Positions 32,611 through 43,215 of a stretch of DNA of 64,000 bases are shown here, one piece after another; within the stretch, counting starts at the first letter, position 1, and the number at the start of each line of letters is the position of its first letter. The DNA is taken from contig OZ219802.1 of NCBI GenBank assembly GCA_964291655.2, positions 1,408,001-1,472,000 on the forward strand. The letters run 5' to 3'. The notes beneath the pieces were generated by a model. It saw only the letters and a list, made by a program, of their open reading frames with translations. It was not told where the DNA came from and searched no databases. Origin of the DNA: Chloroflexota bacterium. Its GTDB lineage: Bacteria > Chloroflexota > UBA11872 > VXOZ01. Both the position numbers and the translations under genes were made by a program.

Positions 32611-33489
32611 CTACTCTGCCTTGTCCTGCAGAGTCTCCACCTGATCGCGGGCGTGGTACGAGGAGCGGACGAGGGGGCCGGATTCGACGTGGCGGATGCC
32701 GAGGGATTCGCCGATCTCTTTGAGTTCGACAAATTCTTCGGGGCGGTAGTAGCGTTCCAACTTCTGGTGCTTCTTGGAGGGGCGCAGATACTGGCCGATA
32801 GTGAAGATGTCGACGCCGGTCTCGGCCATGTCGGTGAGCGTTTGGAGGATTTCGTCCCAGGTCTCGCCCAGGCCGAGCATCATGCCGGACTTCGTGAGGA
32901 TCTCGGGGTCGAGTTGCTTAGAAGTGCGGAGCACCCAGTGGCTGCGCTCGTAGCGGGCCCTGGGGCGCACGCGGCGTTGCAGGCGGGGCACGGTTTCCAC
33001 ATTGTGGTTCAGGATTTCTGGCTTGGCGGCTACTAGCTCCTTCAATGAATCGTGCCTGCCGCCCAGATCGGGAATGAGCACCTCGATGGAGCAGTCCTCA
33101 TTGAGTTCGCGCACCTTGCGGATGGTCTCGGCAAAGATCTGCGCGCCGCCGTCTGCCAGGTCGTCACGGGCCACGGACGTAATCACGGCGTGGCGCAGGC
33201 CCATCTTCTTCACGGCCCAGGCCACGCGGATTGGCTCGATCTTGTCGAGACCGGCGGGACGCCCGCTCTTTACCGCGCAGAAGCTGCACGCGCGGGTACA
33301 GGTATCCCCCAGGATCATGAACGTGGCCGTGCGGGAATTCCAGCACTCGCTGATGTTCGGGCAGCGCGCCTCCTCGCAGACCGTATGCAGGTCCATGCCC
33401 CGCATGATCTGCTTAAGTTCGCGGTACTGCTCGCCCTCTTTCCAGCGAACGCGAATCCACTCCGGTTTTCGTTCCAGTGTCGTAGCCAT
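32611..33489 (-). CDS. lipA: Lipoyl synthase
   Basis: [12 protein letters not shown] and CTRACSFC clusters, VRSSY; start moved to ATG 33489. Confidence 0.97.
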   Translation of the reverse strand: MATTLERKPEWIRVRWKEGEQYRELKQIMRGMDLHTVCEEARCPNISECWNSRTATFMILGDTCTRACSFCAVKSGRPAGLDKIEPIRVAWAVKKMGLRHAVITSVARDDLADGGAQIFAETIRKVRELNEDCSIEVLIPDLGGRHDSLKELVAAKPEILNHNVETVPRLQRRVRPRARYERSHWVLRTSKQLDPEILTKSGMMLGLGETWDEILQTLTDMAETGVDIFTIGQYLRPSKKHQKLERYYRPEEFVELKEIGESLGIRHVESGPLVRSSYHARDQVETLQDKAE

Positions 33490-33639
33490 GTGGCGAAAAC
33501 TCCACACGTGTCGTGATGCGCTTCTACGGAAACTCACCCTCAGAATAGCACGTTCGCAGTACGTATTCCCACCGACGCCAATGCACCGCTCCGGCACGTT
33601 CTGTGGTGCAACCGGAGTGCCATGAACCTACAGCATTCC

Positions 33640-34407
33640 CTAACGTTGCGGTCGGGCCACGAAAATCATCTTCTCCTCGCTGCCCGTGAAGGGATCGGCC
33701 TCATAGGAGCCGAAGACATTCTCGATGGCAAAATTGGACTGGGCCAGCCGTGCCTCGATCTCATAGCGGTAGGAGTAGCGCATGGGAAAGGTACTTGTCA
33801 CCCGGCGAATACTGCCGTCGGTGTGCAAGCAGTCATAGAGATAGGTTGTTTGCACCACCTGCGTCTCGCGGTCCACCTCCCATACCTCAAACTGCTGGAT
33901 TGGCGCGCCGGTTTGCGGGTCTGCCAAGACGTTGCGCAGGGTGACCATGCGATCGCGTTCGTCGTACTCCTGCGTAAGCGGATTGAAGAGATCGACAATC
34001 AGCAACCCTTCCGGGTGAAGCAAGCGGTGGGCGGCGGCGAGCGCTTGGGTCTGTCGCAGCGGCGTCGCAAGGTGGGCAAACGCGTTGAGCGCGGAGAAAA
34101 CCAGGCGCGCTCGCGGGGCAATGGCGGCGGACTCCATTGGTTGATGCACAAGCTGGAATTGGTCTCCGGGAATCCCAAGTGCCTGAAATCGTTCCAACGC
34201 TCGTGCCAGCATAGCCTGCGAGGAGTCTAGGCCGATCACCGCATAGCCCTGCTGCGCTAACGGCGCGAGAGCGCGGGCCGACCCGCAGCCAAGCTCGACG
34301 ATCGGGCCTCCGGTACGCGCGGCAAAGCTCTGCCAGAATGCGCTGTCCTCATCCCAGTCGTCGTATTCCAGATCGTAGAGCCGGGCGAGGTCATCTGATT
34401 CAAGCAT
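33640..34407 (-). CDS. Class I SAM-dependent methyltransferase
   Basis: IVELGCGSAR, GLDSSQAML. Confidence 0.87.
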   Translation of the reverse strand: MLESDDLARLYDLEYDDWDEDSAFWQSFAARTGGPIVELGCGSARALAPLAQQGYAVIGLDSSQAMLARALERFQALGIPGDQFQLVHQPMESAAIAPRARLVFSALNAFAHLATPLRQTQALAAAHRLLHPEGLLIVDLFNPLTQEYDERDRMVTLRNVLADPQTGAPIQQFEVWEVDRETQVVQTTYLYDCLHTDGSIRRVTSTFPMRYSYRYEIEARLAQSNFAIENVFGSYEADPFTGSEEKMIFVARPQR

Positions 34408-34437
34408 AATACCCGCTAACGAGGTTTTCCCGTGAAT

Positions 34438-35064
34438 TTACTTGCGTGCCAAGAAGAGCGACTCGACGACAGCCGCAAGCGCGGCAATGAGGATGAACAT
34501 CGTCACGTTCCAGCTTCCCACGAGCATGAGGCTCAAGTTGGCCACAATGATGCTCGCCAGCAGAAACGAGTGACCGGCAACCAGTACCGGATTGCCCTGC
34601 TGTAACCGCGACGGCGCAAAGCGCGAAAACACGCGGTGCATGATAGGCAAGCTTGTGACGAAGGTGGTGACGAAGACACTGATAACGAAGATCAATCGGC
34701 TACTGCTTTGAGCCGGATCTTGGGTAACCATCACCCAGAGCAGCGTAAGCCAGCTTGCAGCAATAAGGGCTATGAAAACTAACGACGACACCAGCCAAGC
34801 GGGCATGAGCCGGCGCAGCGAGAACGACCGTACCGAAGCGGGTATGCGCCGTTGCCGAGGACGCCGAGCCGGTGCCGTAGGAGTCGACCAGTTTGTGATT
34901 TTCGCGCCGGGACTCTTATTGGTAGTAAGAATAGACTCGAGACGAGGCGTTTTCAACGCAGCAGAAGCCGGGGAAGATTGCTTGCGAAGGCCCACGCGCC
35001 GCGTCTGAGGCTGCTTTGGCGGGGACGCCATACGAATCCTTACACTCGGGGAGGGCAATGGCAA
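34438..35064 (-). CDS. Hypothetical membrane protein (basic N-terminus, ~4 TM helices); start uncertain
   Basis: Four hydrophobic segments in the C-terminal half; co-oriented with the next gene. Confidence 0.65.
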   Translation of the reverse strand: MPLPSPSVRIRMASPPKQPQTRRVGLRKQSSPASAALKTPRLESILTTNKSPGAKITNWSTPTAPARRPRQRRIPASVRSFSLRRLMPAWLVSSLVFIALIAASWLTLLWVMVTQDPAQSSSRLIFVISVFVTTFVTSLPIMHRVFSRFAPSRLQQGNPVLVAGHSFLLASIIVANLSLMLVGSWNVTMFILIAALAAVVESLFLARK

Positions 35065-35439
35065 TGAGTGAGTTCATGCTACCATATCGCCCTGCACCCA
35101 GCAAGAGATTTGGGCACGGGTTCACGGCAATGCGGGGTGTGGGCCTTACGCTCAGTTCGGCCGGTCGCGAGGCCGGAAGCATCACCTATTGCACAAGAAC
35201 CTGTCAATGATTCGAGCAGGGCAATCGCGTCACGCACACGCTCTCCCGCACGACAATTGTATAGTTTCGGCGCTCTCGTCGGTGGAGTAAGGTCACGCCA
35301 GAGCCGCAGCGGCATGAGCAATTGCCGTAACTTAGGCACTCCCGGCCGGAAGCGCAAGTGCTCGCCAACGCCAAGCGACCCAATTGACATTCGCGTTGCT
35401 CGTGACGGATAATGGTATGTCCGACTGGATAAGACTCTG

Positions 35440-36114
35440 TTGGGGAAAGGGATCGACGTGGAGCAGCCCGTATCGAACTTGTGGCTCGCTGAGGAAATCT
35501 TCAAGCTAGGCGGCGTGCGCTTTGGTGACTATACCCTTGGCCGCACGACGGTGCATTCACCAATCTATATCGACCCCCGGGTCTTGGTGAGCAATCCGCA
35601 TTCGCTGCGCGCCGCAGCGCAGCTCATTGCCCAGGAGGCAAGCTCCGGCCAAGCCATGCGGCATCCCAAGATCAATCCCTTCACCCTCGTGGCGGGTGTC
35701 CCTTTCGGCGGACTGCACTTGGCTACCGCCTTCTCTCTGGCCACGAATATTCCTATGATCTACGCGCGCAGCGAGAGCGGGCAGCACCGGATTGAAGGGC
35801 GCTATGACGCTGGTGAGACCGTACTCATCATTGACGACTTGATTACGTCCGGCGGCAGTATTCTGGAGACCGCGGCGGTCTTGGAGGAAGCCGGGCTCGT
35901 CGTGCGCGATGCCATCGTCCTCGTAGACCGCGATCAAGGCGGCGAAGCGCGGCTCAAGCGACACGGCTACAATCTCTACCCCATCCTGCGCCTTGAAGTC
36001 ATGCTCAACCTCTACATGTCCAAGCAGCTCATCACGGAAGACCAGTACCGCCGCAGCCTTGAGTACATCCGCACACATCGCACGCCGGAAGCACTTGAGG
36101 AGAACGCCCCCTAA
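35440..36114 (+). CDS. pyrE: Orotate phosphoribosyltransferase
   Basis: SPIYIDPR, PRPP motif VLIIDDLITSGGS, VLVDR. Confidence 0.88.
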   Translation: MGKGIDVEQPVSNLWLAEEIFKLGGVRFGDYTLGRTTVHSPIYIDPRVLVSNPHSLRAAAQLIAQEASSGQAMRHPKINPFTLVAGVPFGGLHLATAFSLATNIPMIYARSESGQHRIEGRYDAGETVLIIDDLITSGGSILETAAVLEEAGLVVRDAIVLVDRDQGGEARLKRHGYNLYPILRLEVMLNLYMSKQLITEDQYRRSLEYIRTHRTPEALEENAP

Positions 36115-36151
36115 CGTTGGGTAGGCGCGCATAGCTTGATCACTCCTGACG

Positions 36152-37360
36152 ATGGGAGCTAGTCCCAAAATGGAAGACCACCGTACGACGATTCGCGCGG
36201 CGGTGCTGCAGGAAGACACCTTCCTGCAACTCACCGCCAGCGGACGAGTGCGCGGGGGTTCGCCACCGTGGCAGAAAGTCGCCGTGCGCCCCGTGGTCGT
36301 AAAAGGCGTGCGACGCCTTCAGTTCGCCTATTTCAATGATAAGAAGTCGTTTACAAAGAACTACGCAGATGCAGATGCGCATGCCGAGGTGGACTCAATT
36401 CTCGCCGCCGCTTTCGGCAGCTTTCACGTGCAGGCGACACACGGTGATCTCCACGTCCGTCTCAGCAAGAAGGGCAAAGCGCTAATCTCACGAGGCAAGC
36501 CCTCACGCGCAGAACCGCAGCCCAATCTCGCCCACAATCGCACCAAGCGGCATCTGCTCCCTGTGGGCAAGCCGGATACGTTTTTGTGGACGTGTGGGAT
36601 AACCGACCGCGCCGGCAACGTTCGCCCTGCGATGCGCGGCAAGTTCCGGCAGGTAAACACATTTTTGGAGTTGCTCAGTCACGTTTTGCCGGCTGCTGAG
36701 CAGGCGGAACGTCCACTCACCATCGTCGATTGCGGCTGCGGCAGCGCGTACCTCACTTTTGCCGCGTACCACTACTCTGCCCACATGCAAAACCGCCCCA
36801 CGCACGTAATTGGAGTGGACTCCGATGCAGAGATTATCGCCAAGTGCCGTCAGCTTCAGGAGTCCTTGCAGTGGGACGGCCTCGAATTCCATGAGTCGAC
36901 GATTGGAGCATTCGCACCGGCAACGCCGCCGGACGTTATTCTGAGTCTCCATGCCTGCGATACCGCCACTGACGAGGCCATTGCGCAAGGCATTCGCTGG
37001 CAGGGCAGCGTAATTCTGGCTGCACCTTGCTGCCAGCACGAACTGCACGACCGGGTCCAGCATCCGCTTTTTCAACCTGTCTTGCGGCACGGCATCCTCA
37101 AACAACGCACCGCGGACATTCTTACCGATGCTTTCCGCGCGCTTGTGCTGCGGATAATGGGCTACCGCACGGACGTCGTGGAATTCGTTTCGCCGGAGCA
37201 CACGTCGAGAAACCTGCTGATCCGCGCTGTGAAGGCGCACGCGCCTGGCGATAGCGCCGCCGTTCAAGAATATGTGCAATTGAAGCAGTTCTGGAATGTG
37301 ACGCCCTATCTGGAAGAGCTGCTCGGCGACGTGCTGGAGCCGTATCTCTCCGTCGCGTAG
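36152..37360 (+). CDS. SAM-dependent methyltransferase (Methyltransf_32-like)
   Basis: IVDCGCGSAYLTF, SLHACDTATD, APCCQH, EFVSPEHTSRN. Confidence 0.88.
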   Translation: MGASPKMEDHRTTIRAAVLQEDTFLQLTASGRVRGGSPPWQKVAVRPVVVKGVRRLQFAYFNDKKSFTKNYADADAHAEVDSILAAAFGSFHVQATHGDLHVRLSKKGKALISRGKPSRAEPQPNLAHNRTKRHLLPVGKPDTFLWTCGITDRAGNVRPAMRGKFRQVNTFLELLSHVLPAAEQAERPLTIVDCGCGSAYLTFAAYHYSAHMQNRPTHVIGVDSDAEIIAKCRQLQESLQWDGLEFHESTIGAFAPATPPDVILSLHACDTATDEAIAQGIRWQGSVILAAPCCQHELHDRVQHPLFQPVLRHGILKQRTADILTDAFRALVLRIMGYRTDVVEFVSPEHTSRNLLIRAVKAHAPGDSAAVQEYVQLKQFWNVTPYLEELLGDVLEPYLSVA

Positions 37361-37404
37361 CCGCAAGCTTCCTTGGGTGACCTATGCGCAACCCGAGACT
37401 GCTG

Positions 37405-37790
37405 GCGGGAGTGCTCCCTCTCCCTGGGGAGTTCCTCGCCCAACCTAGGCGGCAGGCGGGGATTACTCCCTTTCCCTGGGGAGTGGTCCGGGGTGAGGGG
37501 AAATTGGTGCCAAACCGGCCCGAATCTGGCTGTTGGAAGCTGTCACGCAATGGGTTCTTGGTGAGAAGGGATAGTTATTGCGCCTCCGGCAGATACTATG
37601 CAAAAGTCTACTGGAGAATAAAGAGACTATTGACACATACGATGCTTGGTGAAAGTGTAGTTGATACTGGATCATGTCCAGCACAGGCTATTTCATGTTA
37701 CTCCGAGTGCACGCTAGTGCCATGCAGGACATGGGATGAAATTGCGCAAGCAACGGGATTGAATGCGTAGCGCGGGGGCTTGTCCCCCGC
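37405..37790. repeat. Degenerate REP-A/MITE-A remnants plus a GTAGCGCGGGGGCTTGTCCCCCGC REP
   Basis: CTCCCTCTCCCTGGGGAG, GGGGTGAGGGG, TATGCAAAAGTCT; GTAG hairpin 37767-37790. Confidence 0.65.
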
Positions 37791-37860
37791 CTCTTGGTGG
37801 GAGCGGCGAACGTTAACGTAGACAAGGCACGGGCACTTTGCAGCCGAGGAGGGCAAAGCA

Positions 37861-38901
37861 ATGCGAAAAGTGGTTCTGAGCGGTACACCGTACGAGATGG
37901 GTCGCCAGCACGGCGAGTCCTTTGCGGATCTGGTGGCGGCCGCCATTCAGATGGTGGTCCCTGAGGGGAGGTTTGACGCCGATCACTCAACACGGGTGCT
38001 CGCGCAGGTGGAACGCAACATGGAGAGGGTCTTCCCGGAAGCGCTTGAGGAGTTACACGGCATTGCGGACGGCGCGAACGTTCCCTATGACGACTTGCTT
38101 GCCTATAACTCCTGTCAGGAGTTGGGCCGCATGCAGCAGGGGTGTACGAACTTCGCGCTCGTTACGCCCGAACACGGCGTCGTACACTATAAGTCCAACG
38201 ACGTGAACCTTGAAGCCCTGAAGTTTCACGTCTACTTGGAAGGACATCCTGAATCCGGCCATGACTTCATTGGCGTTACCTGGGCCGGCACCGTGTGGAT
38301 GAACGCCGGCATCAACGAGGCGGGACTCACGTACGGCGGCGGCAGTTTGCAGAATACCGATAGTGACTGGGACCACGGCCTGCCCGCAAACGTCGTCTTG
38401 CGTTACTTCCTGCAGTATCCCGATGACGTGGACGGCGCCCTTGCTTTGGTCGAACGCACGCCTATCATGTGCCACGGCCACAACATGGTCTTCACCGATC
38501 CTGGGGGCAACGGCGCGGTGGTAGAACGTACTCCCACGGCCATGGGCGTGCGCCGCCTCGACGACCACGCCATCTGGGCCTCCAACCACTGCTTGGTCGA
38601 CAACGTAATACCCATGCTCCGCACGGACAATGAGTCTTTCATGGCCAACAGCCGCGGCCGCTACGACCTCTTGGAGAAACTCACCGCCGAGCAGCCGCAC
38701 TCGCTGGAGCAGGTAGTCGCGATCGCACGCGCGCACGCCGATCCGACGTCCATGTGCCAGCATGGGCCGGTCATGCATAGCGTCATCGGCTACGTGATGA
38801 TCCCCGCCGAGCGCCGTATGCTCATCGCGCGGGGCTATCCCTGCCAAAACGAGTTTGTGGAGTACACGTTTGCTGCGGCCCCTGCCTCAAGCGGCGTGTA
38901 G
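37861..38901 (+). CDS. C45 family Ntn-hydrolase (autoproteolytic acyltransferase/peptidase)
   Basis: GTPYEMGRQHG, cleavage site G|CT, GINEAGL, SNH. Confidence 0.87.
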   Translation: MRKVVLSGTPYEMGRQHGESFADLVAAAIQMVVPEGRFDADHSTRVLAQVERNMERVFPEALEELHGIADGANVPYDDLLAYNSCQELGRMQQGCTNFALVTPEHGVVHYKSNDVNLEALKFHVYLEGHPESGHDFIGVTWAGTVWMNAGINEAGLTYGGGSLQNTDSDWDHGLPANVVLRYFLQYPDDVDGALALVERTPIMCHGHNMVFTDPGGNGAVVERTPTAMGVRRLDDHAIWASNHCLVDNVIPMLRTDNESFMANSRGRYDLLEKLTAEQPHSLEQVVAIARAHADPTSMCQHGPVMHSVIGYVMIPAERRMLIARGYPCQNEFVEYTFAAAPASSGV

Positions 38902-38956
38902 ACCGACAAGGAATTTTTGGTTGCCGCGAGGATTTGGGTTGGGTACGACGAAGTTG

Positions 38957-39645
38957 GATTCCCGTGAAAACGGGAATCACCCAGGTCAGGCCTAGGCGGC
39001 ACAACAGAATGTAAGTGAGAGGGCAGCGGCTTGACCGTCTTTTGTATGTTGAATGCAGCCTGCAACTGAAAGAATGTGAGCGGGTAGCGCGAGGACCTCG
39101 TCGTCCGCCATATGCGCGAAAGCTCGCTCCCGCACAGGGGCGGGGAATCCATCTTGTCTGCGCACACCCTGGATTCCGGCGTTCGCCGGAATGACGGAGA
39201 CCGTCGTGCTAACTTCACGGGAGTCACCGTGGGCTTGCTGAGGGCGCACAAGGGAATTAGAATGTGCCCCTGACCTGACCGGCGGCAGTGGGCTTCTTTA
39301 CTGTCATTTCCGCGAAAGCTCGCCCCCGCAGGGATGCGCGGAATCCATCTAGTCTGCGCACACCCTGGATTCCGGCGTTCGCCGGAATGACGGACATAAA
39401 CACAATGTTCAATGGTGATTGCAGGTCCGACTGACTCGGCTCTTCCCCCCGGTAGCGCAGGTTTGTAACCTGCGTCTGCTGTGCTTGGCGTCTTGCCAAA
39501 AGGACCCAGAGCATAAGAAGCATACTTGGGAGGATTGAATAGGGTCCTCTTGCGCACGATGCTGAGGCGCGTCCACGCAGCAGACCGCTAGCGTCTAGGC
39601 TTCGCGTCGCGCTTACCTCACCGGTAGTGCAGGTCCGCAACATGC
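38957..39645. repeat. REP cluster between convergent genes, with duplicated ~70-bp module
   Basis: CGCGAAAGCTCGC...GGAATCCATCT.GTCTGCGCACACCCTGGATTCCGGCGTTCGCCGGAATGACGG at ~39115 and ~39311; GTAG units at 39452 and 39623. Confidence 0.82.
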
Positions 39646-39677
39646 ACCCCGGGGGCAGGGGGCTTTCATCCTGCGCA

Positions 39678-40892
39678 TTACAGCCATTGCGCCGCCGGCC
39701 ACCAGACCCCTAAGCGGCTGATCGGCACGTCCAGCAGTTCCCGGCTGCCGGCGATGGGATCGTGGCCGTACGTCTCCACAAATATGCGCTCAATGCGTTT
39801 CGAGAGTTCCGTTGGTCCCGGCAGTGGCACATCCACCCAGGTATTGCCCAGGCGCTGGCTTTCCGCCATGACAAACGAGAGTTCCAGGTCGGCGCGGGCA
39901 CCCTCCGGACCGTATTGCACCGGCGTGCCTTCCGTAATCGATCGGTGTGTGCTCGTAAGAATTTCCGACTTTGCCACGTCGTCCAAATCGCCGACGCGAT
40001 ACGCCTTATAGGGATTCTCCCAGCGCAGATCGGGGGCGCCGTCCAGATACACGTAGTCCAGCACCTGCTCGCCGCCAACATGTAGATACTGCTCGCGTAT
40101 GGTCTGCGGCTGATCGGGTTCGCCGGCGAGCAGCACCACGTCGCGGCCGGAAATGTGGCCGCTAGAGCCTTCGATCTCCCAGAGATTGGGTCGGGAGTGC
40201 TTGGAAAACGGCCGCGGCGCGCGCTCGTAGAGGCACATCGTGCCGCGCATATACTCGATCCACATGGCCTCCCAGACCACCGTCGTCGACTGCTCCCCGC
40301 CGTAGGTGAGATATTGATCGGTCTCCGATTCTGTAACGTAGGCCTGTACGCGCCGCGCAGAATCCTGCAGGATCATGCGCACGGCATTGAAGCCGTGGTA
40401 CGCGCCGCTGGCGTACCAAAGTCGGGACATGGAGACCTTGCCAATGTAGCCGGACTCGACGATCTTGGCCTTGAGCTGCTCCTGCGGCCAGAGCCAGACC
40501 TGCTCGGCGATCTCCCAAACCACGCCGTGCTCCTGGCACACGTCGCGAATGGCGTCGCCGACTTCCAGGGTAATGCCGTAGGGAATTTCGGTAATGATGT
40601 TGATGCCGCGCTTGGCGGCCTCCACGGCGACCGCCGACTGCCCATCGGTGGGCACCAAAATGAGCGCCAGATCGGGCTTGGCCTCATCGAGCGTGGTGGC
40701 GACGTTGGTGAAGGACTGCTTCACGCCATGCTTTGCCGAGATTTCCTCCGCCACCGCCGGGTTGATGTCGCATATGGCGCAAAGGTCGAAGTGATCGGTG
40801 AGTTTCGCCACGGTCTCGATCCACCCCCGCGCCCGCGCACCCGGCCCCGACCCCGCGCCAATCACGGCGATACGTAGCTTATTCATGCTCAT
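39678..40892 (-). CDS. Gfo/Idh/MocA family oxidoreductase
   Basis: KLRIAVIGAG Rossmann motif, AICD, IITEIP. Confidence 0.82.
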   Translation of the reverse strand: MSMNKLRIAVIGAGSGPGARARGWIETVAKLTDHFDLCAICDINPAVAEEISAKHGVKQSFTNVATTLDEAKPDLALILVPTDGQSAVAVEAAKRGINIITEIPYGITLEVGDAIRDVCQEHGVVWEIAEQVWLWPQEQLKAKIVESGYIGKVSMSRLWYASGAYHGFNAVRMILQDSARRVQAYVTESETDQYLTYGGEQSTTVVWEAMWIEYMRGTMCLYERAPRPFSKHSRPNLWEIEGSSGHISGRDVVLLAGEPDQPQTIREQYLHVGGEQVLDYVYLDGAPDLRWENPYKAYRVGDLDDVAKSEILTSTHRSITEGTPVQYGPEGARADLELSFVMAESQRLGNTWVDVPLPGPTELSKRIERIFVETYGHDPIAGSRELLDVPISRLGVWWPAAQWL

Positions 40893-40966
40893 TAGCCCTT
40901 GTTTTTGAAGACGATCATCGATCTCGTTCACTCGCGTGCCAACTAAAACAATCCCGCAAAGATTCC

Positions 40967-41131
40967 GTCATTCCGGCGAAAGCCGGAATCCATCTTCTGT
41001 GTTCTGCGTAACCAACGGGACGTGGACTTTCCTCGACTACAACGACAAACCCTTCCCAAGAGCGGGGGACAAGCCCCCGCGCTACTAAGAGAAGGCCAAT
41101 TTGTCCGTCATTCCCGTGAAAACGGGAATCC
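40967..41131. repeat. REP cluster
   Basis: GTCATTCCGGCGAAAGCCGGAATCC, GCGGGGGACAAGCCCCCGCGCTAC, GTCATTCCCGTGAAAACGGGAATCC. Confidence 0.82.
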
Positions 41132-41254
41132 ATCTTCTCTTCCCTCCTCGTGTCCAACCCTGCGGAAGTAACGGTGGAATCGCCTGCCGTCAAATCCAGA
41201 ATTCCCAATTGGACCGCGAGAGTCCTAGGCGTATCCGTTACCCCCTCAGCCTCA

Positions 41255-42163
41255 TCACCCCACGTCCGCCAGAAACTGCCGGTACAGCGCCAACGGCTGC
41301 GACATGTCGTCGTCCAGCGCCGTAATCGCCAGCCGCACGTGCGCGGTGCGCTCCGTGCCCGGCACGAAGTCGCTGCCGAACAGCGACAGGTAAAGTGGAT
41401 TCTGCACCTTCCACGCGTCTTCCGGGTCGTCGGTGTTGTAGCCGCTGGTGACGGCAAAGCAGTCCTCGGGCCGCGACATCAGCACCGCCGCCACCCGTCG
41501 CTCCATATCGGCCTGAAACGCCACCGGCACGGCATACTCACGCTGGGGGCGAAACTGCGCCGTCGGGTGTCCCATCTCTTTGCGCTCCCAGCGGCCGTCC
41601 ACGCAACGCCGCGCCGCGTGGGCATCCCGCGTGTACACCAGCCCCATGCCCTTGAAGACCGGGTTTTCCTGCGGCGCGATCAACTCTTCAGACCCCGGCT
41701 CGCGGGTGTAGCGGTCTGTCGCCACATAGACGTGCGCCAGCAGCGGCGGATCGAAGTAATTAGACAGGAATATCTCGTAGCTCTCGTACGTCGCCTCGGC
41801 GGTCACCGTGATCGTCAGATCGATGAGGTTGGGCTCTTTGATCTGATAAACCGCCTCAATGCTGGCAAAGTGCTCGTCGGCGGGGCCCCAGTGCACGGTC
41901 AGCGTGTCGCCGTCCACGCTTACGGTGCGCTCGAACAGGCGCGGTTCGCCCAGACCCGAATGGGTCGCAAACAGCCGAAAGAGGTTGAGCGCCGAATACT
42001 TGGGATGAATGATGGATACCCCGCTCGGCTTGTGCACAAGCTGACTAATCCCATGCCGAATATCCATCTGCGGGTCCGGCGACTGCGCCCGCAGCGAACC
42101 CTTCAATTCCGCTGTCTCAAAATCGTAAACGCTGGTTGCGTCATCGTACGTTAAGGAAACCAT
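41255..42163 (-). CDS. Hypothetical protein, 302 aa (possibly a beta-sandwich fold)
   Basis: RBS AGAGGA, host-like codon usage; no motif recognised. Confidence 0.65.
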   Translation of the reverse strand: MVSLTYDDATSVYDFETAELKGSLRAQSPDPQMDIRHGISQLVHKPSGVSIIHPKYSALNLFRLFATHSGLGEPRLFERTVSVDGDTLTVHWGPADEHFASIEAVYQIKEPNLIDLTITVTAEATYESYEIFLSNYFDPPLLAHVYVATDRYTREPGSEELIAPQENPVFKGMGLVYTRDAHAARRCVDGRWERKEMGHPTAQFRPQREYAVPVAFQADMERRVAAVLMSRPEDCFAVTSGYNTDDPEDAWKVQNPLYLSLFGSDFVPGTERTAHVRLAITALDDDMSQPLALYRQFLADVG

Positions 42164-42421
42164 AGTCGACCATCCTCTCTTGCTTCGCTACGAGGTGCTT
42201 TCATCAGGCAGAGTGCGCCATGCTAAATCACCAGATACTGCAAGACTACCGGAAAGTCCTTCGCGTAACTCGCTTCATTCTTGCACAAACGAAATTGCTT
42301 GGAGTGGTGCTGTTCTGTGCAGTATAGCCGAACGCCGAAGTAGCGTGTCACCGCGCCCTCAATCCGCACCCAGGCGGCCATTCTCTGGCTTCATTCTGTC
42401 TCTACAACTATAATTGCCCAC

Positions 42422-43132
42422 ATGAAGAATCTGCCCAAAGCACTTCTTCTCGATCTCGACGACACGATCATTGATTCTTACAGCGATCCTGATATGGCGT
42501 GGCTCCAGCTCTGCCGCGAGTTTGCCGGCAGTCTGGGAGATGTGCCTGCAGAGGAGCTCCAGGCCGCAGTCTTGCAGGCCCGGGACTGGTATTGGAGCGA
42601 CATGGAGCGAGCGCGCCTCGGCAGTCTTAACCTGTTGCAGGCCAGTCGAGACATCTTGCTGAGGGCCTTCGCCGAATTCGACATTCCCGATTCGCCGCTC
42701 GTAACCCGCATGGGTGAGCGGTACAATCAAATCAGGGTTGAGGCGATGCGGCCCTTTCCGGGAGCTATCGCGACGCTGCGGCGGCTGCAAGAGACTGACA
42801 TCCGTCTGGGTCTGCTAACCAACGGCAGTGCCGAGATGCAGCGAGCGAAGATTGAGCGGTTCTCCGTTGCAGAATTCTTCGATCACATTCAGATCGAGGG
42901 AGAGTTTGGCATCGGCAAGCCGGACGAGCGAGCATTTCGCCATGCCCTTGACGCCCTTGGCGCGGAGCCTGCCGAAGCCTGGATGGTCGGGGACAACCTG
43001 GAGTTCGATATCCGTGGCGCGCAGCAGGTGGGCATCTACGCCGTGTGGGTGGACACACAAGGTAGAGGGCTGCCGGATGGGACCACAGTTCGTCCGGATA
43101 TGACCATTGGGTCGGTGTCAGACCTTGTATAG
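42422..43132 (+). CDS. HAD superfamily hydrolase
   Basis: DLDDT, LTNG, KPD, MVGDNLEFDI. Confidence 0.92.
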   Translation: MKNLPKALLLDLDDTIIDSYSDPDMAWLQLCREFAGSLGDVPAEELQAAVLQARDWYWSDMERARLGSLNLLQASRDILLRAFAEFDIPDSPLVTRMGERYNQIRVEAMRPFPGAIATLRRLQETDIRLGLLTNGSAEMQRAKIERFSVAEFFDHIQIEGEFGIGKPDERAFRHALDALGAEPAEAWMVGDNLEFDIRGAQQVGIYAVWVDTQGRGLPDGTTVRPDMTIGSVSDLV

Positions 43133-43215
43133 TCGAGAGTATTAGACTGAATTATAGTTCTGGACTTTGCCAGGCTTTTACACGCATAGTGGAGTGACTT
43201 ACCCAAAAGCCGATT

